Shown here: piece by piece, positions 9,608 through 17,991 of the stretch
Layout of the letters: the number at the start of each line of letters is the position of its first letter
Numbering within the stretch: position 1 is the first letter of the stretch
Origin: Verrucomicrobiia bacterium
GTDB lineage: Bacteria; Verrucomicrobiota; Verrucomicrobiia; Limisphaerales; DASXHY01
DNA length: 64,000 bases
Direction of reading: 5' to 3'
NCBI GenBank assembly: GCA_035765675.1
Contig: DASTXC010000173.1
Coordinates: 5,644-69,643 of the forward strand
Position numbers and translations under genes: made by a program
The notes under the pieces: model-generated
What the model was told of the DNA's origin: nothing
What the model saw: only the letters and a program-made list of their open reading frames with translations
Database searches by the model: none

Positions 9608-12106
9608 TCAGCTTGAAAGCGCGCCTTCCGCAGCGGCTTTCTGCTGGAACACCAGATGGTCGTTTTCGACCGTGACCAGGATCGGCTCGCCTTCGTGGAG
9701 ATTGCCTTTGAGAATCTCCTCGGCCAACGGATCTTCCAGGTATTTCTCGACCGAACGGCGCATTGGACGCGCGCCATATTGCGGATCGTAGCCTTTTTCG
9801 ACGAGGAAGTCTTTCGCCTTGTCGTCGAGCGTAAGATTGATGTTCCGGGTCTTGAGCCGTTGCGTGACTTTGCCGGCTTCGAGTTCCAGAATCTCGATGA
9901 GATCCGGCTTGGTCAGTGAGCGGAAGACGATGATGTCATCCAAGCGATTCAGAAATTCCGGACGGAACGTCTTCTTCGCTTCGTCGATGATTTTCTCGCG
10001 CATCTTTTCGTAGCTGCTTTCGTCGCTGATCGGCGAAAAGCCCATGCTGCTCTGGCGCTTGATCGTGTCCGAACCGACGTTCGACGTCATCAGGATGATC
10101 GTATTCCGGAAGTTCACGACGCGGCCGATATTATCCGTCAATTTGCCTTCTTCCAGAATCTGCAACAGCATGTTCCAGACGTCTGGATGCGCCTTTTCGA
10201 TTTCGTCAAAAAGCACAACCGAATACGGCTTGCGGCGAACCTGTTCAGTCAATTGGCCGCCTTCTTCGTAGCCGACATATCCGGGAGGCGAACCCACCAG
10301 ACGCGAAACGTTGAACTTTTCCATGTACTCGCTCATGTCGAGTTGGATCAACGCTTTCGGATCGCCAAACATCTGTTCGGCAAGCGTTTTGGCCAGCAGG
10401 GTTTTGCCAACACCAGTCGGTCCGAGCAACGCAAAGGTGCCGATTGGACGGCGAGGATCTTTGAGATCCGCGCGCGAACGACGCAACGCTTTGCAGATCG
10501 CGGAGACGCCTTCCTTCTGGCCAATGACAACTTTGGTCATTTCTTCTTCGACCTTGAGCAGGCGCGCCATTTCGCCCTGTTCCATGCGCTGCAACGGGAT
10601 GCCGGTCCATTTTGAAACGACGTGGAGAATGTCTTCTTCGTCCACTTTGACGCGTTTTTCTTCCCGGCTGGTGCGCCACTCTTTCAAGAGGTTTTCCAGC
10701 TTTTCCTTCGTGTGCTTTTCTTTGTCGCGCATCGAAGCCGCGCCTTCGAAATCCTGATTCTTGATCGCTTTTTCCTTCTGGGTTTTGATCTCTTCGATCT
10801 CAACTTCCAGATCTTTGACTTCGGCGGGCCGGGTCATGGTTCCAATCCGAGCACGGGAACCGGCTTCATCCATCAAATCAATCGCCTTATCGGGCAGAAA
10901 ACGATCGGTGATGTAACGATCCGAGAGTTTCACCGCGGATTCCACGGCTTTGTCCGTGAACTCGGCTTTGTGGTGATCCTCATATTTTCCACGCAAACCT
11001 TTCAGAATCAAAATCGCTTCATCAACCGAAGGCGCTTCGACTTTAACCGCCTGGAAACGGCGTTCGAGTGCAGCGTCTTTTTCGATGTATTTGCGATATT
11101 CATTCAGCGTTGTCGCGCCGATACATTGCAACTCGCCGCGGCTGAGCGCGGGTTTGATGATGTTCGAGGCATCCATCGTTCCCTCCGCCGAACCAGCGCC
11201 GACGATCGTGTGCAATTCGTCGATGAACAGAATGATGTTCTTTGCGCGACGGATTTCGTCCATCACCGCTTTGATGCGTTCTTCGAACTGACCGCGATAT
11301 TTTGTTCCTGCGACCATCAATGCGAGATCGAGTGTAATGACCCGTTTTTCGCGGAGCAGTTCCGGAACGTTTCCGGCTGCGATTTCCTGAGCCAGCCCTT
11401 CGACGATGGCTGTTTTGCCGACACCCGCTTCACCGAGGAGAACTGGATTGTTCTTGGTGCGACGGCAGAGAATCTGGATGACTCGCTCGATCTCGTTTTT
11501 GCGACCGATTACAGGATCCATTTCACCTTTGCGGGCAATTTCCGTGAGATCGCGTCCGAACGCTTTCAAGGCCGGGGTTTTGACTTCGCCCTTCTTTTCG
11601 CTGGGCGAAGGTTTCTCAGTGGGACCTTCACCACCACCCGCTGCGGCGGCGGATTCTTCCTGCGCTGCGAAATTGGGATCAAGCTCCTTCAGGATTTCCT
11701 GACGGGTCTGCTCAATATCTACATCCAGGTTCTTCAAAACGCGGGCGGCCACACCGTCACCTTCGCGCAGGAGACCTAAAAGAATATGCTCGGTGCCAAC
11801 GTAAGTATGATTCAGCGCTTTGGCTTCCTTGGCGGCGAGCGCGAGAACTTTTTTCACGCGCGGCGTATAAGGAATATTGCCGATCATTTTCTGATCGGGG
11901 CCGGTGCCGACCTGTTTCTCGACTTCCATGCGGACCGTTTCGAGATCGAGGCCCATTTTCTGAAGCACGTTGACCGCGACGCCTTGTCCCAACTTGATGA
12001 GTCCCAGCAGAAGATGCTCGGTGCCAACAAAGTTGTGATTGAAACGATCGGCTTCTTTTCTGGCCAGGGCGAGAACCTGCTGCGCGCGTGGCGTAAAATT
12101 GCTCAT
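9608..12106 (-). CDS. clpC: ATP-dependent Clp protease ATPase subunit ClpC (class III stress AAA+ unfoldase)
   Basis: Duplicated Clp-N repeat ([16 protein letters not shown] / [16 protein letters not shown]). Two AAA+ modules ([30 protein letters not shown]) and a UVR-like middle domain. Start at ATG 12106 ([10 protein letters not shown]); in-frame alternatives at 12121 and 12139. Confidence 0.92.
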   Translation of the reverse strand: MSNFTPRAQQVLALARKEADRFNHNFVGTEHLLLGLIKLGQGVAVNVLQKMGLDLETVRMEVEKQVGTGPDQKMIGNIPYTPRVKKVLALAAKEAKALNHTYVGTEHILLGLLREGDGVAARVLKNLDVDIEQTRQEILKELDPNFAAQEESAAAAGGGEGPTEKPSPSEKKGEVKTPALKAFGRDLTEIARKGEMDPVIGRKNEIERVIQILCRRTKNNPVLLGEAGVGKTAIVEGLAQEIAAGNVPELLREKRVITLDLALMVAGTKYRGQFEERIKAVMDEIRRAKNIILFIDELHTIVGAGSAEGTMDASNIIKPALSRGELQCIGATTLNEYRKYIEKDAALERRFQAVKVEAPSVDEAILILKGLRGKYEDHHKAEFTDKAVESAVKLSDRYITDRFLPDKAIDLMDEAGSRARIGTMTRPAEVKDLEVEIEEIKTQKEKAIKNQDFEGAASMRDKEKHTKEKLENLLKEWRTSREEKRVKVDEEDILHVVSKWTGIPLQRMEQGEMARLLKVEEEMTKVVIGQKEGVSAICKALRRSRADLKDPRRPIGTFALLGPTGVGKTLLAKTLAEQMFGDPKALIQLDMSEYMEKFNVSRLVGSPPGYVGYEEGGQLTEQVRRKPYSVVLFDEIEKAHPDVWNMLLQILEEGKLTDNIGRVVNFRNTIILMTSNVGSDTIKRQSSMGFSPISDESSYEKMREKIIDEAKKTFRPEFLNRLDDIIVFRSLTKPDLIEILELEAGKVTQRLKTRNINLTLDDKAKDFLVEKGYDPQYGARPMRRSVEKYLEDPLAEEILKGNLHEGEPILVTVENDHLVFQQKAAAEGALSS

Positions 12107-12139
12107 GGCTTCGTCGCTCATAATAAATTCACAATGCAA

Positions 12140-13252
12140 TTACTTTTCCGGTTTGTCCAATCCCGTACCTTGCCCAGTCAGCGGCTTGGAAATGGGCCGG
12201 CTGACTTTCTTCAAACGCTCGCGAACCATGTCCGCTCGGAGCAGGTCGCGTTCCTCGGCGGACAACTTTTCCGAGTGCTGTTTCTGCAGATGCGCCGGTT
12301 GTGTGAGGATGAACAGTTCGTCCACCAACGACCGTTCCACGCCGGGAAACAATCCGACGTCCAGACCCAGCCGCATCAATGAAAGCAAATTCATCGTTTC
12401 CTTCGAAGAAACGCTGTGCGCGTTGGCGAGAATGCCGTACGCGCGGCCAATGTGGTTGAAAACCATTTTGGGCTTTTTCTCCAATAATGTGGCCCGCGCG
12501 TTCTCTTCGTGTTCGATTATCTGCGCGAGAACTTTTTCCAATCGCTCCACAATCGCGGTTTCGGATTCGCCGAGTGTCATTTGATTGGACACCTGGAAAA
12601 CATTTCCCAACGCCTCCGTGCCTTCACCGTAGAGTCCGCGAACGGCCAGACCGAGCTTGTTTACGGATTGGATGATCGGATTGATTTGCTCGGCGAGAAC
12701 CAGCCCGGGCAAATGCAACATCGCGCTGACGCGAATGCCGGTTCCGATATTGGTCGGACACGCTGTGAGATAACCGAGATCGGTGTTGAAGGCGTATTCG
12801 AGTTTTTTCTCCAACTCGGAATCCACGGTATCAATCGCTTTCCACGCCTGGCGCAATTGCAATCCGGGACGCAGCGCCTGCATGCGCATGTGATCTTCTT
12901 CATTGATCATCACACACAGCGTTTCTTCGCGATTCAAAACCAATCCGCTGCCCGCGCTCTTGGCGGCGTGCTCGCGGCTGATTAAGTGGCGTTCGACGAG
13001 GATTTGTTTGTCGAGCGTCGTGAGATTGTCCATGGACTGCGAAAACGCGTCCTTCATTTCGGGCAAACTCTCAACGGCGGGACGAATGGCTTCGAGGATT
13101 TTGACGCGTTCCGGTTTCTTGGCCCAGCCGGGAAATGCAGCGTCACGAATATTGCGCGCCAGCCGGACCCGGCTCGACATCACAATGCGGTCGTGCGGCC
13201 CTTTGCGCCGCGCCGTGTCCGCTGGAGGAATGAGAAATTCATGAATGTCCAT
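12140..13252 (-). CDS. mcsB: Protein arginine kinase McsB
   Basis: ATP:guanido phosphotransferase fold: 'SSRVRLARNI', 'EEDHMRMQ', 'GYLTACPTNIGTGIRVSAMLHLPGL'. It lies between mcsA-like and clpC, as in the Firmicute class III heat-shock operon. Confidence 0.9.
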   Translation of the reverse strand: MDIHEFLIPPADTARRKGPHDRIVMSSRVRLARNIRDAAFPGWAKKPERVKILEAIRPAVESLPEMKDAFSQSMDNLTTLDKQILVERHLISREHAAKSAGSGLVLNREETLCVMINEEDHMRMQALRPGLQLRQAWKAIDTVDSELEKKLEYAFNTDLGYLTACPTNIGTGIRVSAMLHLPGLVLAEQINPIIQSVNKLGLAVRGLYGEGTEALGNVFQVSNQMTLGESETAIVERLEKVLAQIIEHEENARATLLEKKPKMVFNHIGRAYGILANAHSVSSKETMNLLSLMRLGLDVGLFPGVERSLVDELFILTQPAHLQKQHSEKLSAEERDLLRADMVRERLKKVSRPISKPLTGQGTGLDKPEK

Positions 13253-13253
13253 C

Positions 13254-13763
13254 TTAGGTCGCTGCGATGTTGCTGAGCTTGGCGTTCATCTGTTTGATTT
13301 CATCGCGCAGTTGCGCCGCCTGTTCGAAATTTTCGTCCTGAATCGCTTTGGTGAGTTTTTTCTGAAGCTGCTTCAAACGATCGGAAAGATCGCGCGTCTG
13401 CCGCAGCGATTCGGGAACTTTGCCAACATGCCGCGTGCCTTTGTGCATGGACTTGAGCAATCCGTCCAATCCTTCCGCGAACGTCTTGTAACAATCCGAG
13501 CAGCCAAGCCGGCCGGCCTTTTTGAAATCGGCCTGAGTGAAACCGCAGCGCGGGCACTTCAATTCCACGCCGCCGGACGATTGTTCCAATTCCTGGGAAG
13601 CACCGAGACCCAATAATAAATCAGCGAGCGAAAAACCGGTGGGATCGTTGACCCCTTTGGTTTTCGCGCATTCTTCGCAGAGATCCACTTTTTGCATTTT
13701 GTCGCCAGCGATCTGGGTCAAATGCACTGTGGCTTCGCGTTCCTTGCAGATGCAGCAGAGCAT
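13254..13763 (-). CDS. mcsA: McsA-like activator of protein arginine kinase (zinc-finger + UVR motif protein)
   Basis: N-terminal CxxC pairs 'MLCCICKEREA...CEECA', a second pair 'CPRCGF...CSDCY', and a C-terminal UVR motif 'FEQAAQLRDEIKQ'. Only 1 nt separates it from the mcsB start. Confidence 0.85.
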   Translation of the reverse strand: MLCCICKEREATVHLTQIAGDKMQKVDLCEECAKTKGVNDPTGFSLADLLLGLGASQELEQSSGGVELKCPRCGFTQADFKKAGRLGCSDCYKTFAEGLDGLLKSMHKGTRHVGKVPESLRQTRDLSDRLKQLQKKLTKAIQDENFEQAAQLRDEIKQMNAKLSNIAAT

Positions 13764-13858
13764 AGTGTCGTTAGAACGTTAAACAGTCCGAAAGGGGTAA
13801 TCGTTCGATATCCGCGATGTGTTTCGCTCGATCACTTCGGAACGTTCAACGCCATATT

Positions 13859-14725
13859 TCATATCGGCTCGCCTGAGACTTTAGTCAAGGCATGGTAGTC
13901 CGCCACGAGCTTGCGGGTAACGGAACCGGCTTTGCCGTCGCCAATCACGCGACCATCGATCTTCACCACGGGCATGATTTCCGCGCCGGTGCCGGTCACG
14001 AAACATTCATCCGCGTTGAACAAATCGTAACGCGTCAGATTCGGTTCGCTGACTTTGATGCCGCCTTTTTCAGCCAGTTCAATCACCGTCGCGCGCGTAA
14101 TGCCGTAAAGCGCTCCGGCCGAAAGCGGCGGCGTTTGCAGCTTGCCATCTTTCACAATGAAGATGTTGTCACCGGTGCATTCCGACACGTAACCGTCCGC
14201 GTTCAACATCACAGCTTCTTCGCAGCCGGAATTGTTCGCTTCGATTTTTGCCAGGATATTATTCAGATAGTTCAGCGACTTGATCGCGGGATTCACCGCA
14301 CTGTGCAGATTCCGGACGGTTGGCACGGTCACGATTTCCATTCCGCGTTCGTAAAGGTCCTGCGGGTAAAGTTGAATTTTATCCGCGATCACAATCACCG
14401 ATGGATTTTTGCAACGGTTCGGATTCAATCCCAACGTTCCAATGCCGCGCGTCACCAGCAAGCGGATATAACCATCGCGAAGATTATTTTGCCGGCAACT
14501 TTCCACGACGGCTTTCATGATTTCGGCGTGCGAAATCGGAATCGTTAGCAGAATCGCTTTGGCGGAATAGAACAAACGATCGATGTGTTCTTTGAGACGG
14601 AAAACCCGGCCGTTGTAGGCGCGAATCCCTTCAAAAATCCCATCGCCATAGAGCAGACCGTGATCGAAAACGGACACTTTCGCATCGCGTTCATCGTAGA
14701 ATTTTCCGTCGATATAAACTTTCAT
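13859..14725 (-). CDS. ilvE: Branched-chain amino acid aminotransferase (fold type IV)
   Basis: '[35 protein letters not shown]' and '[19 protein letters not shown]' are typical class IV aminotransferase blocks. Confidence 0.88.
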   Translation of the reverse strand: MKVYIDGKFYDERDAKVSVFDHGLLYGDGIFEGIRAYNGRVFRLKEHIDRLFYSAKAILLTIPISHAEIMKAVVESCRQNNLRDGYIRLLVTRGIGTLGLNPNRCKNPSVIVIADKIQLYPQDLYERGMEIVTVPTVRNLHSAVNPAIKSLNYLNNILAKIEANNSGCEEAVMLNADGYVSECTGDNIFIVKDGKLQTPPLSAGALYGITRATVIELAEKGGIKVSEPNLTRYDLFNADECFVTGTGAEIMPVVKIDGRVIGDGKAGSVTRKLVADYHALTKVSGEPI

Positions 14726-14828
14726 GACGCAGTGCGGCCAACCTACGGAAACGAATTAGTGAACGCAAACGCGAATTTTTCGTGACATCGTTTCGATCAC
14801 GATTATATTTTGCGCCGCTTTGAGCGAC

Positions 14829-14903
14829 GACCCTATGGTCTAGCGGTTAGGACACTGCCCTTTCACGGCGGTAGCTCGGGTTCGATTCCCGATAGGGTCG
14901 CCA
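14829..14903 (+). tRNA. tRNA-Glu (anticodon TTC), CCA encoded
   Basis: Manual cloverleaf fold. Acceptor stem GACCCTA/TAGGGTC, anticodon stem CTGCC/GGCGG, anticodon loop CTTTCAC, T arm TCGGG-TTCGATT-CCCGA, then discriminator G and CCA. Confidence 0.9.
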
Positions 14904-14951
14904 AAGCTTCTTCTGAAAGTTCCCCACCAACAATTTCGCAAAACGAAATTC

Positions 14952-15092
14952 AACCCACGGATGGACACGAATGAACATGGATAAGACCTGAGCTTCGTTT
15001 TCAAGCTGGATTCAATTCGTCCAGTGATCGGATCGGTCCATGTTGAATGCGTAGCGGCATTCGTCCGTGTTCATCCATGTCGATCCTTGGTT
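14952..15092. repeat. MITE/REP-like element: about 25-bp imperfect inverted repeats (AACCCACGGATGGACACGAATGAAC / GTTCATCCATGTCGATCCTTGGTT) about 92 bp apart
   Basis: Arms at 14952-14976 and 15069-15092 are reverse complements at roughly 80 percent identity by hand alignment. A solo related copy lies at 61914-61940. Confidence 0.5.
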
Positions 15093-15158
15093 AAAAACCT
15101 GTTGCGGAATGATCTCAGCTTTTCGGAGAAGGGATCGCCGAAGACAAACTCCAAAACC

Positions 15159-15998
15159 TCATTGAACCTGAATCACGAGCGCCGTGGTGTTGTCGCGGCC
15201 GGAAAGTTTTAATGAAGCTTCAACCAGATTTCGCGCGGGATTATTTTCCGCAGCGACTTGGCCGGCGCGCAAGAGTTCGATCAGATGATGATCGTAAAGA
15301 CCGTCCGTCAAGCCGTCGGTGCAGAGCAGGAAAATATCGCCGCTTTCAAAACCCACCGCGCCGACCTGTGGATCGACAAATTGATTGCCCCCGCCGAGGG
15401 CTTTTTGGAGAACATTGCGACGTGGATGCGTTCGCGCTTCGCGCTCGTTGATTTTTCCATTCCGAAACAACCAGCCCACGTGCGTGTCGTCGTGACTGAG
15501 TTGTTTAATGCCGCCGCTTGCAGGTAAATAATAAAGCCGGCTGTCGCCAATGTGGCCGAAATACATCCAGCCCGGCGTAAACCAGCAGAGCGTCAACGTC
15601 GCTTCCATTCCCGAACATTCCTCATAACAACTGCCGAGATAAGCGAGCGCGCGATGAATTTCGCCAAACAATTCTCCCAGCAAATCAGGAAAGCCGGTTT
15701 GCATTCCCTGCGCGGATTGCTGAAACGAAAGCGGCAGCAGCGTGGTGATTTTTTCCACCGCAATCCGGCTCGCGTATTCGCCCGCCATCGCGCCGCCCAT
15801 GCCATCGCTCACGGCAAATGCGAAATCGGAATTCTTCAATGACGCTTCACCCAGTCGTCCGAGATGCTGAACTTCACGCGCATCAAAACGCAGCCCGAGA
15901 AAGGAATCCTCATTGTTGGGTCGGACTTTTCCGCGATCCGTCCAGCCAAACCATTTCAGGGAAACGGAAGCGGCGGGCGTGTTCGAAGATGGATCCAT
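15159..15998 (-). CDS. PP2C-family Ser/Thr protein phosphatase
   Basis: 'TDRGKVRPNNEDSF', 'FAVSDGMGGAMAGEYAS', 'GDSRLYY', 'LLCTDGLTDGL' and 'DNTTALVIQV' are the PPM motifs. ATG at 15998; an alternative GTG at 16013 would overlap the upstream stop by 4 nt. Confidence 0.87.
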   Translation of the reverse strand: MDPSSNTPAASVSLKWFGWTDRGKVRPNNEDSFLGLRFDAREVQHLGRLGEASLKNSDFAFAVSDGMGGAMAGEYASRIAVEKITTLLPLSFQQSAQGMQTGFPDLLGELFGEIHRALAYLGSCYEECSGMEATLTLCWFTPGWMYFGHIGDSRLYYLPASGGIKQLSHDDTHVGWLFRNGKINEREARTHPRRNVLQKALGGGNQFVDPQVGAVGFESGDIFLLCTDGLTDGLYDHHLIELLRAGQVAAENNPARNLVEASLKLSGRDNTTALVIQVQ

Positions 15999-16009
15999 GC
16001 CGGAGGCGT

Positions 16010-16393
16010 TCACTCAAAGCCGGGGAGAATGCTGGCCAGTTCGAAGTCGATCAAGCAAAAGCGACCGTCCGACTGGCGGTAAGTGACATTGCGCCTATCG
16101 GGATCATCGTGGCGCACGCCGAACGGTTCCAGTTCCGCGAACAATTCCTTCACGCGTTGCTCATCAAGATGTTCGACGCGACTGCCGCAATTGGTGGTCA
16201 CGATCTTGAGCTGCTCCGGATCAGCTTCGAGCAACCGGGGAACAAAGTTGCAGCCGCGCGCTTCCAGATGACGCAGAATGCGGACTTCGTTGGCGAAACG
16301 TTCCGCTGCGTTCGGGCCGTGATAAACTTTGATCACCCGGCCATCGAAGGTCAGGTTCACCGTCGCGCGCAATGTGTCTTTGACTTTTAACAT
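16010..16393 (-). CDS. Minimal protein-kinase-like protein (127 aa)
   Basis: Contains N-lobe Lys 'GRVIKVY', helix-C Glu 'ANEVRILRHL', catalytic-loop-like 'RHDDPDRRNV' (H-x-D-x4-N) and DFG-equivalent 'LIDFE'. It ends about 10 residues later. Start at ATG 16393; the upstream part of tracked ORF 16010..16522 covers a repeat element. Confidence 0.6.
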   Translation of the reverse strand: MLKVKDTLRATVNLTFDGRVIKVYHGPNAAERFANEVRILRHLEARGCNFVPRLLEADPEQLKIVTTNCGSRVEHLDEQRVKELFAELEPFGVRHDDPDRRNVTYRQSDGRFCLIDFELASILPGFE

Positions 16394-16471
16394 GAGCCAG
16401 GCCCAACGATTGTGTGCGGGCAATATCGCGGATTCGGTTGCGATTGGGAAATGGTTAAAAATTTTTGGGAT

Positions 16472-16570
16472 TAGTCGGTAGTCAGTGGTAAGTAGTCCGT
16501 AGCTGGCCGATCCCGATCGCACGCAGAATTCGTGAAAGCGCGCAATGCTACCAACACTGACTACTGACTA
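16472..16570. repeat. Inverted repeat pair TAGTCGGTAGTCAGTGGTAAGTAG / CTACCAACACTGACTACTGACTA
   Basis: Arms at 16472-16495 and 16548-16570 are reverse complements with a few mismatches and a 52-bp spacer. The element lies between the kinase-like gene and glnII. Confidence 0.5.
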
Positions 16571-16726
16571 CAAACCACCCTGCATCATTTCGCTCAGCGC
16601 GAGCGAACATCGCCATTTATTCCGTGAGACGAGATTGCTTTGGAGTTCTTCCTGGAAGGCGCGATGATCAATGTTCACGGGCTTCAAACGCCATTCGCTC
16701 TTTGCCAATCCAAAGTTCTTGCGCAA

Positions 16727-16742
16727 TGGCATTTTCCCTGCT
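16727..16742 (+). promoter_or_regulatory. Candidate sigma-54 (-24/-12) promoter of glnII
   Basis: TGGCATTTTCCCTGCT has GG and GC at exactly the consensus spacing of TGGCAC-N5-TTGCW. It lies 79 nt upstream of the glnII ATG. GS genes are classic NtrC/sigma-54 targets. Confidence 0.35.
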
Positions 16743-16820
16743 GAACTCCGCAACCGCAGTTCGGATTCGAACTGGTGCTGCGAGAGAACAACCGATCTCG
16801 GCACTTACACAACACTCAAA

Positions 16821-17846
16821 ATGGCGAAATACAAATTAGAATATATCTGGCTGGACGGTTACGAACCCGTACCCAATCTCCGCGGCAAAACACAGATCAA
16901 AGAATTTGCCAGCTTTCCTAAACTGGAAGAACTCCCGATGTGGGGATTCGACGGCAGCTCCACCCGGCAGGCTGAAGGCAAAAGCTCGGATTGCATGTTG
17001 AAGCCGGTCGCGGTTTTCCCTGACAGCACGAAGAAAAACGGCGCGCTCGTGATGTGCGAAGTCATGATGCCGGACGGCAAAACACCGCACCCGAGCAATT
17101 CCCGCGCGACGGTTTTGGATGATCCCGATGCGTGGTTTGGTTTCGAGCAGGAATATTTTCTCTATAAAGACGGCGCTCCGCTGGGCTTTCCGCAGGGCGG
17201 CGGTTTCCCGCCTCCGCAGGGTGAATACTACACCGGCGTCGGCTACAAAAACGTGGGCAGCATCGCCCGCCAGATCGTGGACGAACATCTCGATCTCTGC
17301 CTCGACGCGGGCATCAATCACGAAGGCATCAACGCCGAAGTTGCCAAAGGCCAGTGGGAATTTCAGATTTTCGGCAAAGGTTCCAAGACGGCGGCGGATC
17401 AGGTCTGGATCGCGCGTTATCTGCTCATCCGCCTGTGTGAAAAATACGGCGTGGATGTGAACTTCCATTGCAAGCCGCTGGGCAAAGATGTGGATTGGAA
17501 CGGTTCGGGCATGCACTCGAATTTCTCGACCAAGCACATGCGCGAAATCGGCGGCCAACCTTATTTTGAATCGCTCATGGCGGCGTTCGATAAATACAAG
17601 AATGAGCACATCGCGGTTTATGGACCGGACAATCACCTGCGTTTGACCGGCCTGCACGAAACCCAATCGATTGATAAATTCAACTACGGCCTGGCGAACC
17701 GCGGCGCTTCCATTCGCGTGCCGCACAGTTTCGTGAACAACGGTTACAAAGGTTATCTGGAAGATCGCCGTCCGAATTCGCAGGGCGATCCGTACAAGAT
17801 TGCCAGCCGGATTCTGCAGACGATTGCGACGGTTCCGCTGAAATAA
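16821..17846 (+). CDS. glnII: Glutamine synthetase type II (eukaryote-like GSII)
   Basis: 341 aa. 'YIWLDG...LRGKT', 'MWGFDGSSTRQA', 'GFEQEYFL', 'NAEVAKGQWEFQI', 'GSGMHSNFS' and 'NRGASIRVP' are GSII blocks. Start at ATG 16821 (MAKYKLEYIW). Confidence 0.9.
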   Translation: MAKYKLEYIWLDGYEPVPNLRGKTQIKEFASFPKLEELPMWGFDGSSTRQAEGKSSDCMLKPVAVFPDSTKKNGALVMCEVMMPDGKTPHPSNSRATVLDDPDAWFGFEQEYFLYKDGAPLGFPQGGGFPPPQGEYYTGVGYKNVGSIARQIVDEHLDLCLDAGINHEGINAEVAKGQWEFQIFGKGSKTAADQVWIARYLLIRLCEKYGVDVNFHCKPLGKDVDWNGSGMHSNFSTKHMREIGGQPYFESLMAAFDKYKNEHIAVYGPDNHLRLTGLHETQSIDKFNYGLANRGASIRVPHSFVNNGYKGYLEDRRPNSQGDPYKIASRILQTIATVPLK

Positions 17847-17917
17847 TCATGCGGATTTGAAAATAGTTTTCCCCGCCTATGGGGGTAGAAGGGGAAAGCT
17901 CAGGGCATCGGAGCAAC

Positions 17918-17950
17918 GGCGTGAACGCAAGTTCGCGCCGTTTTCGTTTC
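17918..17950 (+). terminator. Rho-independent terminator of glnII
   Basis: GGCGTGAAC-gcaa-GTTCGCGCC (9-bp stem with one G-U pair) followed by GTTTTCGTTTC. Confidence 0.55.
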
Positions 17951-17991
17951 TTGGCTGCGACGTCGCCTCGCCGTATCTCTCCTGAAAAATC

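Noticed and set aside
10622-11779. 385-aa plus-strand ORF, and several other 60-150-aa ORFs, opposite clpC
   Set aside because: It lies antisense to an unambiguous clpC. The composition (runs of F/R/D/H, no recognisable motifs) is typical of shadow ORFs in high-GC DNA.
13764-13858. CtsR operator or CIRCE element upstream of mcsA
   Set aside because: Neither a GGTCAAA-type tandem heptad nor TTAGCACTC-N9-GAGTGCTAA is present. Only the GAACGTTnAAC repeats, reported separately, are visible.
16523-16820. Possible glutamine (glnA-type) riboswitch in the glnII leader
   Set aside because: I could not recognise the conserved glnA RNA motif core. The region is mostly occupied by an inverted-repeat element plus the sigma-54-like motif.
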